From positions 1-52,817 of the IMG/VR virus record IMGVR_UViG_3300042375_000643: a stretch of 52,817 nucleotides of DNA. One strand, written 5' to 3'. The position numbers and the translations under genes were made by a program. Below, in pieces: positions 37,086 through 46,851 of this stretch (within the stretch, counting starts at the first letter, position 1; every line of letters begins with the position of its first letter). The DNA is from a virus (taxonomy: Duplodnaviria; Caudoviricetes). The notes below the pieces were generated by a model that had not been told where the DNA came from, made no database searches, and was given only the letters and a program-made list of their open reading frames with translations.

Positions 37086-38978
37086 CTAGTCTTTTAGAAG
37101 TTTACTTAATTGGTCTTCAATATCTCCTAAAGAATTTTTTCCTTTAGATAAATCAATATAAGAATCGTCTTCAGTTAAGGAACCTTGTTCCACTAATATT
37201 TTTAAATTATCTCTTTTAAATGATTCCGGTGTTAGTTCAGCTTCCGGTGGTGCTGCCGCCTCAGGGGCTCCTGCTTCAGGGGCTCCTCCTTCAGGGGCTC
37301 CACCCGGTTCAGGTGCTCCTAAATCTTCCATTCCTCCGCCTATGTCTCCGCCACCGCCGAATCCTCCTCCACCTCCTGGTGGGGGTGGTGATGATGGTGC
37401 TGCTCCACCTGCTGTTGCTCCGGAAACTTTATTTCCGTATAATTTATCAATAGTATCAAATAAACCTGTATGTGTAATCATTGTTGCTGTGTTTGTTAAC
37501 TCAGCGCCGACTGCCATCTCAATTCTTTGTTGTTGTAAATCAAGTTTGATTTCCTCATCAGAGAATCCTAATATATGTTTCTTAGCCCACGATACTGATA
37601 CCGGTGCAATACCTGCGATTGCCGCTACGGCTTGTTGGTACAATGCGATTTTTTCTTTCCAAAGGTCAACTTTTAATAAGTCAGCTTGTGAAGATGGGTT
37701 AGTTAATGATAATGAAAAGTTTGATAATTCATCCTCAAACCCTAATAGAAATAAATGTATAATTGCAATTTTATTTAATTCTGCAACCATAGATTTTTGA
37801 ATCTTATTGATTGTTCTTGCAAAACGAATATCCATTAAAGATAAATCTTTTCCTCCACCAACAGCGTCTTCAAAACCTAAGAATGCTTTTGGTACTCTAA
37901 GTGCTGTTAATAATTTCTTTTGGATATATTCGATGTCGGCTATTTCAGATAAGTTTGTTGCTCCAGGTAATGTCTCTATTGGAGATGCTTGTGCGGCATC
38001 ACGAACAGGAATAAAGTAATCTTGGTCAACAGCCATTTGGTTGAATCTCATATCTACGTTTCCGGTTTTACCATCAACAACTTGTTCTCTTTTAAATTTG
38101 TTTGCAACACGTTGTACGTAAGCTTCAACATCTTTGTCATCCATATTTCCAACAAACACTTTAAACACACGTCTTTCAGGTGCTCTTGCTGTTCTATAAA
38201 TTAACATCGCATCTTCAGATAATAATAATTGTTTCCAAATACGTCTTGCCTTTTCTAACATAGAAGTACCGTAAGGAAGTTTTCTATCATCACCTAATAA
38301 TCTAAAGTGAGCCATCTCCCAAGAGTTGAACTCCATATTTTTTGCTTTCCAATGGAATCTTAATCCTTTGTTTTCTGCCGGTTCTTCAACATTTGCTGAT
38401 TTTGCGGCCATACCTCTTTCCAAACGTTCTATTTCAATGTTTGGTAATTGCATACAACCAACAATTCCTTTATCAGAATCTAATTTTAAATACACAAAGT
38501 TATCACCATATTTACAAGCATTTCTTGTCCACATTGGTAAGTTGGTGTCAACGTCTAACACGTTATTAAATAAATCGGCTAGTATAGATTTTATTCTTTT
38601 TGATTCTGAATAAATTTGTAATATATAACCATTTTCATCAACGGTTGTAGATTCTTCTGCGTATATGTCTAACGCTGCTGATATCTCAGGCGTATACTCC
38701 ATTGACTCATAATCATAGAATGATGCCAAACGAGTTGGTTCATAATACACGGCTTGGGTATAAAGATTACTTTCAATCTTTGTCCATTGATTTGCTAAAT
38801 AGAAAGTTTGTTGAGCTTGTAATTTCTCTCTTTCATATTCATCTTTAGAGGTAGTTTTTAATAACTCCTTCTTATCTAATTTGTATGTTGGGTAGTCTTG
38901 ATTTAATAACGAGTTTGGCCCGAATGCTTGTGAAAGCCTCTGCCAAACCGTTAAATCGTTATTTTTATTATTTTCCAT
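37086..38978 (-). CDS. gp20: Portal protein, T4 gp20-like
   Basis: PEISAALDIYAEE, EDAMLIYRTARAPERRVF, IETLPG..NLSEIADIEY; G/P-rich tail. Confidence 0.93.
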   Translation of the reverse strand: MENNKNNDLTVWQRLSQAFGPNSLLNQDYPTYKLDKKELLKTTSKDEYEREKLQAQQTFYLANQWTKIESNLYTQAVYYEPTRLASFYDYESMEYTPEISAALDIYAEESTTVDENGYILQIYSESKRIKSILADLFNNVLDVDTNLPMWTRNACKYGDNFVYLKLDSDKGIVGCMQLPNIEIERLERGMAAKSANVEEPAENKGLRFHWKAKNMEFNSWEMAHFRLLGDDRKLPYGTSMLEKARRIWKQLLLSEDAMLIYRTARAPERRVFKVFVGNMDDKDVEAYVQRVANKFKREQVVDGKTGNVDMRFNQMAVDQDYFIPVRDAAQASPIETLPGATNLSEIADIEYIQKKLLTALRVPKAFLGFEDAVGGGKDLSLMDIRFARTINKIQKSMVAELNKIAIIHLFLLGFEDELSNFSLSLTNPSSQADLLKVDLWKEKIALYQQAVAAIAGIAPVSVSWAKKHILGFSDEEIKLDLQQQRIEMAVGAELTNTATMITHTGLFDTIDKLYGNKVSGATAGGAAPSSPPPPGGGGGFGGGGDIGGGMEDLGAPEPGGAPEGGAPEAGAPEAAAPPEAELTPESFKRDNLKILVEQGSLTEDDSYIDLSKGKNSLGDIEDQLSKLLKD

Positions 38979-39007
38979 ATTCTAAATTTAAATATAATTT
39001 TACTTAT

Positions 39008-39014
39008 ATAAATA
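39008..39014 (-). promoter_or_regulatory. TATTTAT putative late promoter
   Basis: Upstream of the portal ATG. Confidence 0.55.
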
Positions 39015-39067
39015 GTTTACTTTGTTCTATTATGACCCTTTATGACTTATTATGGGTTAAGACATTT

Positions 39068-41890
39068 TTATGGTTCAAATGGTACAAACTCGTCTTTATT
39101 ATGTGTTAACACATTATTTGCAAAATATAGGTTACTATTATTAACATTAACATCATATACCGTTGTTGGTTCTATAATTGTAACTAATGATGTAATTTCA
39201 AATTCAGTATTATCAATATCTAATAATACATCACCAACATTTAATTCCGATGTTGTTCTGATATACCATATACCATTTTGTTTAACAACGTGGTTATGAG
39301 CATCGGTAGCAATTAATATACCATTATTAATATTAACAACTGAGTCAAATTCATATATTTTAACGTCAATTACTGTTGATGTTGAATCAACATAATTTAA
39401 GGTATCACTACTCCAAGAGTACCACTCATCTGCAGGTTGTGGCATTCCTGATACATCAATAGATTTAAGAACATCATTGACTTGAACATCTTGTATTAAT
39501 TTAGTTGACCCGTCTGATAATGTTATTACTGTGTCAGCAACAAGACAACCACATCCAAGACACAAAGATAATGTTGTACCGTCCCAATATCTTCTGGAAA
39601 ATCCATTACTATAAAACCCTGTAGTTGCTGGTGTTAGATAACAATTTGTACCATCAGAACCTTTCAAATATGTTGCACTACATAAACTAGGGTCATCCAC
39701 ACAAACATCAACATAGGCTGGTGTATTACAAGCTTGGCTAAGAGTTGTACCATATCCCAATCCTATTATATAGAATGTTGGTGGTGGTATACAACAATTA
39801 TATGGTGATAGGGTCCATCCAGCGAGTTCATCACCACCAGTTATTATAATAGAGTTTACTTGAGCACAAATTTCAACAGGGTAATCTTCAAACACCGAGG
39901 TATTCACTGTAACACCTGAACAATTAACATATGAGAAATCTGTATTACCAAAATACAGAGTTGGAGGTGGTGGAGGTCCTGTATAAGTCACTGTATAACA
40001 TACACAAGTTATTACCGGTGATTCAGTCGGTGTTACTGTAGGGGTAGGAGTTAATGTTTTTGTTGGTGTAATTGTTGGTGTTAATGTAGGGGTAGGAGTT
40101 AATGTTTTTGTTGGCGTAATTGTTGGTGTTAATGTAGGTGTAAGCGTTAATGTTTTTGTTGGTGTAATTGTTGGGGTAGGAGTTAATGTAGGTGTTGCCG
40201 TTGCCGGAATTGATTTTGTTGGTGTAATTGTTGGTGTTAATGTAGGTGTTGCCGTTGCCGGAATTGATTTTGTTGGCGTAATTGTTGGTGTTAATGTAGG
40301 TGTTGCCGTTGCCGGAATTGATTTTGTTGGCGTAATTGTAGGCGTTAATGTTGGAGTCACTGTTGCCTGAATTGAACTTGTTGGCGTAATTGTTGGAGTT
40401 AATGTAGGTGTTGCCGTTGCCGGAATTGATTTTGTTGGCGTAATTGTAGGCGTTAATGTTGGAGTCACTGTTGCCTGAATTGAACTTGTTGGCGTAATTG
40501 TTGGAGTAATTGTTGGAGTTAAAGTATTTGTTGGCGTAATTGTTGGAGTTAACGTTGGTGTTGCTGTTGCTTGAATTGAACTTGTTGGAGTATTTGTTGG
40601 GGTACTTGTCGCTCCTAATGTTGGTGTTACTGTTATTGTTGGTGTTACGGTAGACGTATTAGTTGGTGTTAAAGTATTTGTTGGTGTTAATGTTGGAGTT
40701 AATGTTGGAGTTAAAGTTGGCGTTTCTGTAACTGTCTCTGTCGGAGTATTTGTTGGCGTTAACGTTGGTGTTAGAGTATTTGTAGGTGTGAAAGTTGGAG
40801 TTAATGTTGGAGTTGAAGTTGGCGTTTCTGTAACTGTCTCTGTCGGAGTATTTGTTGGCGTTAACGTTGGTGTTGGTGTTAGTGTCTCTGTTGGAGATGG
40901 AGATGGAGGTATACAAGGATAAGTGGTTGTACAATTAAGGCAACTAGTTTCTGTTGTAAAACTTATGATGTTATATTGAGCATCAAATAATGGTCCACTT
41001 ACTGCCGTAACACATCCATTAAATCCGTCAGTATCAATATAATACACATTACCTAATATAATTGGTGTTACAAAACCACCAACTTTATAGGTATTAAATG
41101 GGGTACAACAATCTTGGAAATATTCAATTGTTGGAGGTAACGGAGATGGTGTTACTGTTATTGTTGGTGTTACGGTAGACGTATTAGTTGGTGTCAAAGT
41201 ATTTGTAGGCGTTACGGTAGTCGTATTAGTTGGTGTTAAAGTATTTGTAGGTGTTACGGTAGCCGTATTAGTTAGTGTTACCGTATTTGTAGGTGTTACC
41301 GTATTTGTTGGGGTAATAGTTGGAGTAACTGTTTCTGTTGGAGTCAAGGTTGGTGTTACCGTATTTGTTGGTGTTGGAGTTAATGTAGGAATAAAAGGAA
41401 TAACAATTATTTCCCACGTACTTTCAACCGGAGTTCCCGATAATTGACTAAAAAATGGTACTCCTGTGTAGTTGATATAATCTTCATCTATTGTAATAAT
41501 AGTTTGTCCTGATAAATCGCCAGAATTAACAGTAACTCCTGTAAATATTGTAACCGGAGGACCACTATAAAAATTTAAAACATTTTCAAAAGTAACATTT
41601 ATTTCTTCACTATGCGGACGGTTTAATACTAATGTATAAAACACAATTATAGAACCAGGTGTGTACTCAACAAAAAGGGTTAAATGTAACGGTTCTAAAT
41701 TGGTTATTGTACAAGTAACCGCTGTTTCAGGAATGTATATATCATACGTCCCGTAAAAATAATCGGTAATATAGTCGTATGGTAATGTAACTAAACCTAT
41801 ATTAATTGTTCCACCCGTTGATGGGTAATAGGTTACGTCTCCGGTGTATCCGGAGTAATTGTCTGTCGATATTGTAAATACGTATTTCAT
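39068..41890 (-). CDS. Mucin-like (PT)n virion protein with Cys modules and C-terminal Hint domain
   Basis: Shared N-module, ~400 aa of P/T repeats, CLVADT...[10 protein letters not shown]. Confidence 0.85.
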   Translation of the reverse strand: MKYVFTISTDNYSGYTGDVTYYPSTGGTINIGLVTLPYDYITDYFYGTYDIYIPETAVTCTITNLEPLHLTLFVEYTPGSIIVFYTLVLNRPHSEEINVTFENVLNFYSGPPVTIFTGVTVNSGDLSGQTIITIDEDYINYTGVPFFSQLSGTPVESTWEIIVIPFIPTLTPTPTNTVTPTLTPTETVTPTITPTNTVTPTNTVTLTNTATVTPTNTLTPTNTTTVTPTNTLTPTNTSTVTPTITVTPSPLPPTIEYFQDCCTPFNTYKVGGFVTPIILGNVYYIDTDGFNGCVTAVSGPLFDAQYNIISFTTETSCLNCTTTYPCIPPSPSPTETLTPTPTLTPTNTPTETVTETPTSTPTLTPTFTPTNTLTPTLTPTNTPTETVTETPTLTPTLTPTLTPTNTLTPTNTSTVTPTITVTPTLGATSTPTNTPTSSIQATATPTLTPTITPTNTLTPTITPTITPTSSIQATVTPTLTPTITPTKSIPATATPTLTPTITPTSSIQATVTPTLTPTITPTKSIPATATPTLTPTITPTKSIPATATPTLTPTITPTKSIPATATPTLTPTPTITPTKTLTLTPTLTPTITPTKTLTPTPTLTPTITPTKTLTPTPTVTPTESPVITCVCYTVTYTGPPPPPTLYFGNTDFSYVNCSGVTVNTSVFEDYPVEICAQVNSIIITGGDELAGWTLSPYNCCIPPPTFYIIGLGYGTTLSQACNTPAYVDVCVDDPSLCSATYLKGSDGTNCYLTPATTGFYSNGFSRRYWDGTTLSLCLGCGCLVADTVITLSDGSTKLIQDVQVNDVLKSIDVSGMPQPADEWYSWSSDTLNYVDSTSTVIDVKIYEFDSVVNINNGILIATDAHNHVVKQNGIWYIRTTSELNVGDVLLDIDNTEFEITSLVTIIEPTTVYDVNVNNSNLYFANNVLTHNKDEFVPFEP
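39098..39547 (-). other. Hint (intein-like/BIL) domain, 150 aa
   Basis: Block [14 protein letters not shown], block B ATDAH, ELNVGD, block F VYDVNV, block G THN followed by K. Confidence 0.85.
40157..40582 (-). repeat. 54-bp coding tandem repeat ([18 protein letters not shown] / [18 protein letters not shown])
   Basis: ccggaattgattttgttgg recurs at 40204, 40258, 40312 and 40420. Confidence 0.85.
41385..41698. repeat. 314-bp dispersed direct repeat, copy B
   Basis: Matches 1619..1932. Confidence 0.9.
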
Positions 41891-41893
41891 AAG

Positions 41894-43966
41894 TTATGTA
41901 AATAATCCTCCGTCAAATATTGTCCAACCATATCCTCCACTACCGGTTGACCCTGTAAGGATTGCTTTTCCTGCAGAACCTGCTGACGTGTATTTTGCAG
42001 TACCAAAATGGATTGTTATATTTATTTGAGGGTTTTTAGTTGACCATCCATTATAAATATCATCTAAGTTTGAGGTTAATAATGTTGTATCAGTTTTGTT
42101 CGCCATAAAGAAAGAGAAATTGGTTACACCAGAAATATTCCAATTTCCAATATTTTGTTTAAAATACTGATTCTGACTAAACATATAAGTCATATTAATA
42201 ACCTTAGAAACATCCCAACCACTAATGTCTTGATTAAATTTTGAATTATTAAACATTTGAGACATAAACATAACCTTAGAAACATTCCACCCACTAATGT
42301 CTTGATTAAATTTTGAACTATTAAACATACTATTCATATTTGTCACCTTTGAAACGTTCCATCCACTAATGTCTTGATTAAATTCTGAATCAAAAAACAT
42401 ACTACCCATAGTGGTAACACCTGATACATTCCAAATCCCTATGGGTTGATTAAATATTGATGATGTAAACACTCCCGACATAGACGTAACTTTTGAAACA
42501 TCCCATCCACTAATGTCTTGATTAAATTTTGAATTATTAAACATAAAATTCATAGTATTCACATTTGAAACATCCCAACCACTAATGTCTTGATTAAATT
42601 TTGAATTAGAAAACATAGCGGACATATTAGTAACGTTAGAAACATCCCATCCACTAATGTCTTGGTTAAAATTTGAACTATTAAACATAGAGGACATATT
42701 AGTAACACCTGATACATTCCAAATTCCTATGGCTTGATTAAAAAATGGATTCATAAATAAACCTGACATATTAGTAACGTTAGAAACATCCCATCCGGTA
42801 ATGTTTTGGTTAAAAATTGAACCTTGAAACATATACGACATATTCGTTACATTTGATACATCCCACCCTGTAATATCTTGAGTGAAAACTGTATTATATT
42901 GGAACATTGTGGATATATTAGTAACACCTGACATATTCCAAACACCAATAGGTTGATTAAATGCTGTTGCCCCTGCAAACATACCGGACATATTTGTTAC
43001 GTTTGAAATATCCCACCCTGTTATATCTATATTAAATGATGCCCCCGCAAACATATAACTCATATTGGTAACACTTGAGGTATCCCACCCACTAATGTCT
43101 TGATTAAATGGGGTTGATTGAAACATATTACTCATATTGGTAACACCTGAAACATTCCAATTATTTAATGGTTGATTAAATTGGTAACACCCATTAAATA
43201 TATAACTCATATTAGTTATCATTGAAATATCCCAATCATTCAGTGGTTGAATAAAACTTCCACAATCTGAAAATAATGAACTTAAACTTGTTAAATTTGA
43301 AATGTTCCACTGTTCTATATTATTAACTGCGGTTAAAGAATAACATTCTTGGAATATCCCGTCAATAGACGTTAAGTTAGAAATATCTAAAACATCGTTA
43401 ACCGTAGATAAATTTAAATTAAAACAATATGCAAATTGATAACCTCCATCCGCTAATTTAAGTGAACCCCATTGTAAAACATTTAAAATTTTACCATAAT
43501 CACCATTATAATTGAAATTAAATCCTTCAATAACACCCGTTATTGTTATTACATAAGTCCCAATAACATTGTAGGTATGTGTAGTTTCAGGTTGGTCCCA
43601 CGTAGTTATTTTATCAGAACTACCATCACCCCAGTCAACAACAAAATTATAAGTACCTGATGAATCTAAATTTAAAAATATTTGGTTAGATAAACTAACA
43701 CCATCATTGTCTGTTTTCCAAGTGGAAATAAATGGACTTGTAAAACTACCAATTAAATCACAAACGGGTGGTTGATTATCTATAATACAAATTTTATCAA
43801 AATATGGTATGTAAACTTCATATATCCCATAAAAATAATCTGTGTTATAATCATATGGTAACATTTGTGTTCCTAAATTTATTGTACCACCTGTATATGG
43901 GTAATAGGTAATATCTGCGGTAAATCCGTCAAAATTATCTGTCGATATTCTAAATTTTTTAGTCAT
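41894..43966 (-). CDS. DUF285/BspA-type repeat protein with PKD-like domain
   Basis: VDWGDG..HTY; ~17 [20 protein letters not shown] repeats. ATG 43966 chosen. Confidence 0.85.
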   Translation of the reverse strand: MTKKFRISTDNFDGFTADITYYPYTGGTINLGTQMLPYDYNTDYFYGIYEVYIPYFDKICIIDNQPPVCDLIGSFTSPFISTWKTDNDGVSLSNQIFLNLDSSGTYNFVVDWGDGSSDKITTWDQPETTHTYNVIGTYVITITGVIEGFNFNYNGDYGKILNVLQWGSLKLADGGYQFAYCFNLNLSTVNDVLDISNLTSIDGIFQECYSLTAVNNIEQWNISNLTSLSSLFSDCGSFIQPLNDWDISMITNMSYIFNGCYQFNQPLNNWNVSGVTNMSNMFQSTPFNQDISGWDTSSVTNMSYMFAGASFNIDITGWDISNVTNMSGMFAGATAFNQPIGVWNMSGVTNISTMFQYNTVFTQDITGWDVSNVTNMSYMFQGSIFNQNITGWDVSNVTNMSGLFMNPFFNQAIGIWNVSGVTNMSSMFNSSNFNQDISGWDVSNVTNMSAMFSNSKFNQDISGWDVSNVNTMNFMFNNSKFNQDISGWDVSKVTSMSGVFTSSIFNQPIGIWNVSGVTTMGSMFFDSEFNQDISGWNVSKVTNMNSMFNSSKFNQDISGWNVSKVMFMSQMFNNSKFNQDISGWDVSKVINMTYMFSQNQYFKQNIGNWNISGVTNFSFFMANKTDTTLLTSNLDDIYNGWSTKNPQINITIHFGTAKYTSAGSAGKAILTGSTGSGGYGWTIFDGGLFT

Positions 43967-43968
43967 AT

Positions 43969-46845
43969 TTAAATTCCTCCATCTGTTATAAACCAACCAT
44001 ATTCACCACTACCGGTTCCTTCTAAGATTGATTTTCCAGCAGAACCTGCTGATGTGTATTTGGCCGAACCAAAGGTTATTGTTCTACCTATTTGAGGATT
44101 TTTGGTCGACCATCCATTGTAAATATTGTCTAAATTTAATGTTGAGAATGTTAACGATGTTTTACTCGCCATAAAACCCGTAAAATCATTTACGTTAGAT
44201 ATATCCCAATTTCCGATTGGTTGATTAAAAGATGAATTATTATTAAACATATTTGCCATTTTAACAACACTTGAAACATCCCAATTTCCAATTGGTTGAT
44301 TAAATGGGCTTGTTTGAAACATACTAGTCATATTACCAACATTTGACACATTCCATCCGGATAATGGTTGGTTAAATGGTGTGTCATTAAACATTAAATT
44401 CATACTAACAACACTTGAAACATCCCAATTTCCAATTGGTTGATTAAATGGTGACGACCAAAACATAGCGGTCATAGATTGAACATTACTTGTACTCCAT
44501 CCTGATAACGGTTGGTCAAATGGTGTACTATAAAACATATAACCCATATTGGTAACGTTTGATACATCCCAATTTCCAATTGGTTGGTTAAATGGACTAT
44601 TGTAAAACATTTGAGACATATTAGTTACATTAGACACGTTCCATCCTGATAATGGTTGGTCAAATGACGTAGCATTAACAAACATACTTTCCATATTGGT
44701 AACGCCTGAAACATTCCAAATACCTATAGGTTGGTTAAATGGTGTGTTAACAAACATTTGACTCATACCAACAACTTTTGACACATCCCAACCAGTAATA
44801 TCTTGATTAAATTGAATACAACCATAAAACATACCCGCCATACTTTGAACTCTTGATACGTTCCACCCTGATAATGGTTGGTCAAATACTAAATTGTTAT
44901 AAAACATATAACCCATATTAGTAACACCCGATACATTCCAATTTCCAATAGGTTGGTTAAATGGAGTTCCCGCAAACATATTTTGCATAACAAACACTTT
45001 ACTTACATTCCATCCGGATAATGGTTGGTCAAATGACGTAGCGTTATTAAACATATAGTACATATTACTAACTTTTGAAACATCCCAATTTTCAATAGGT
45101 CTATTGAATGCGGTCCCCGCAAACATTTGAGACATATTAGTTACATTAGACACATTCCATCCCGATAACGGTTGGTTAAATAACGTAGAGTTAGTAAACA
45201 TATTACCCATATTGGTAACGCCTGAAACATTCCAAATACCTATAGGTTGGTTAAATGGTGTATCCCAAAACATACCGAACATACTAGTCACATTTGAAAC
45301 GTCCCACCCACTAATGTCTTGATTAAATGGTGTACTATAAAATGTATAATTCATAACATTCACATTTGAAACATCCCATCCACTAATGTCCTGATTAAAT
45401 TGAGTATTATAAAACGTATTACTAATATCTGTAATATTCGATATATCCCAACTATTGATGTTATTAATTGTAGTTATTGAATTACAATTATGAAATAAAG
45501 ATATTAAAGTTTGTTTTTCAGATAAATTTAAAACATCCGTCACATTTGTTAATATTAAATTAACACAATTGTAAAAATTATTATAGTCACTACCTAAATT
45601 AATCGAACCCCATTGTAGTATTTCTCTAATTTTACTATTATTAATATAATTAAATTGTGATGTAGATGCGAAAGTAAATCGTTTAATAGTTCCTGTAATT
45701 GTTACTGTATAGTCACCTGATGAGGTATATGTATGTGTTCTATTTGCGTATGAATTTACTGATGTATTACCGTCACCCCAATCAATAATACCTTCATAAG
45801 TACCATCAATTAAATATGGTAATGTAATACTTTCAGATGGTGTTGTTGTTCTCCAAACTGAAATAAATGGAGGTAAAGGTGTTGGTGTTGGTGATGGTGT
45901 ATACGTAGGTGTTGGGGTATTTGTTGGTGTTAATGTAGGTGAAGGAAGGTCAACCCCTGTTAAATCACAAGGACAAACATTTGTAAGTAACTCATAACTA
46001 CCTGATATAGTTAATTTATTTATACCATATGAACATTTACCACATACATAAACTTTATTTGTTGGAATAGTTTCTATTTGTGGGATATTCACGGTAACCG
46101 GAGCACCTCCACTACAAAGTTGGTATTGGAAAGTTGAAATACCTCCGTTACCTAAACCACCGTCTAATTCATAATAACCACAATCAGTACAATTAGTGAA
46201 CACATTTGATGTTGTTGGATATCCACCACATTCTTGAGTTATTCTAAAATAAATTAAAATATCGTTAGCAAGTGGACCAATATCGTATAAGGCTGGGTTT
46301 GTATAACAATCATTAACTTCAATTGAAGTCCAATTATCGTTATCTAATGAATATGATAAGAATAATTGTTCACAATTTGCCGGTAAATTAGTAAAGTGGT
46401 AAGCCCAAGTTGTTCCTGAGATTAATTCAACATTATCTAACGTAATACTACATTCCGCAGGAGTAACCGTTGGTGTTGGAGTATATGTTGGTGTTGGAGT
46501 ATACGTTGGTGTTACCGTATTTGTTGGAGTATATGTTGGTGTGTTTGTTGGTGTTTCGGTATTTGTTGGAGTTAAAGTGTTTGTTGGTGTATTTGTTGGT
46601 GTATTTGTTGGCGTATTTGTTGGTGTTAATGTTGGTGTTGGGGACAAACAAGGAACAACTAATTCACAAGTTTTATCGTAATTAGGTATATAAATAACAT
46701 ATGTACCGTAGTAATCTTCTGTTTCGTAATTATATGGTAAGGTAACTTGCCCAATATTAATACTTCCCCCCGAACAAGGGTAAAAGGTAATATCGGATAA
46801 TTGTCCGTCGTAATTTGTTGTTAATATTTCTATAATTGTTCCCAT
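43969..46845 (-). CDS. DUF285/BspA-type repeat protein with PT linkers, Cys modules and PKD-like domain
   Basis: IDWGDG..HTY; ~18 FNQPxxxWxVSxVxxMxxMF repeats; C-terminus paralogous to 41894..43966. Confidence 0.85.
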   Translation of the reverse strand: MGTIIEILTTNYDGQLSDITFYPCSGGSINIGQVTLPYNYETEDYYGTYVIYIPNYDKTCELVVPCLSPTPTLTPTNTPTNTPTNTPTNTLTPTNTETPTNTPTYTPTNTVTPTYTPTPTYTPTPTVTPAECSITLDNVELISGTTWAYHFTNLPANCEQLFLSYSLDNDNWTSIEVNDCYTNPALYDIGPLANDILIYFRITQECGGYPTTSNVFTNCTDCGYYELDGGLGNGGISTFQYQLCSGGAPVTVNIPQIETIPTNKVYVCGKCSYGINKLTISGSYELLTNVCPCDLTGVDLPSPTLTPTNTPTPTYTPSPTPTPLPPFISVWRTTTPSESITLPYLIDGTYEGIIDWGDGNTSVNSYANRTHTYTSSGDYTVTITGTIKRFTFASTSQFNYINNSKIREILQWGSINLGSDYNNFYNCVNLILTNVTDVLNLSEKQTLISLFHNCNSITTINNINSWDISNITDISNTFYNTQFNQDISGWDVSNVNVMNYTFYSTPFNQDISGWDVSNVTSMFGMFWDTPFNQPIGIWNVSGVTNMGNMFTNSTLFNQPLSGWNVSNVTNMSQMFAGTAFNRPIENWDVSKVSNMYYMFNNATSFDQPLSGWNVSKVFVMQNMFAGTPFNQPIGNWNVSGVTNMGYMFYNNLVFDQPLSGWNVSRVQSMAGMFYGCIQFNQDITGWDVSKVVGMSQMFVNTPFNQPIGIWNVSGVTNMESMFVNATSFDQPLSGWNVSNVTNMSQMFYNSPFNQPIGNWDVSNVTNMGYMFYSTPFDQPLSGWSTSNVQSMTAMFWSSPFNQPIGNWDVSSVVSMNLMFNDTPFNQPLSGWNVSNVGNMTSMFQTSPFNQPIGNWDVSSVVKMANMFNNNSSFNQPIGNWDISNVNDFTGFMASKTSLTFSTLNLDNIYNGWSTKNPQIGRTITFGSAKYTSAGSAGKSILEGTGSGEYGWFITDGGI
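46165..46495. repeat. ~330-bp direct repeat, copy C (copy D at 48133..48460)
   Basis: Manual alignment, roughly 92% identical with one 3-bp indel. Confidence 0.9.
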
Positions 46846-46851
46846 ATTTTA

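Noticed and set aside
39098-39547. Canonical mobile intein
   Set aside because: Lys at +1, no homing endonuclease, and it sits at the C-terminus rather than in a conserved enzyme motif
42115-45470. ~72-bp periodic repeats as a CRISPR array
   Set aside because: They are in-frame DUF285 coding repeats with degenerate units and no cas genes
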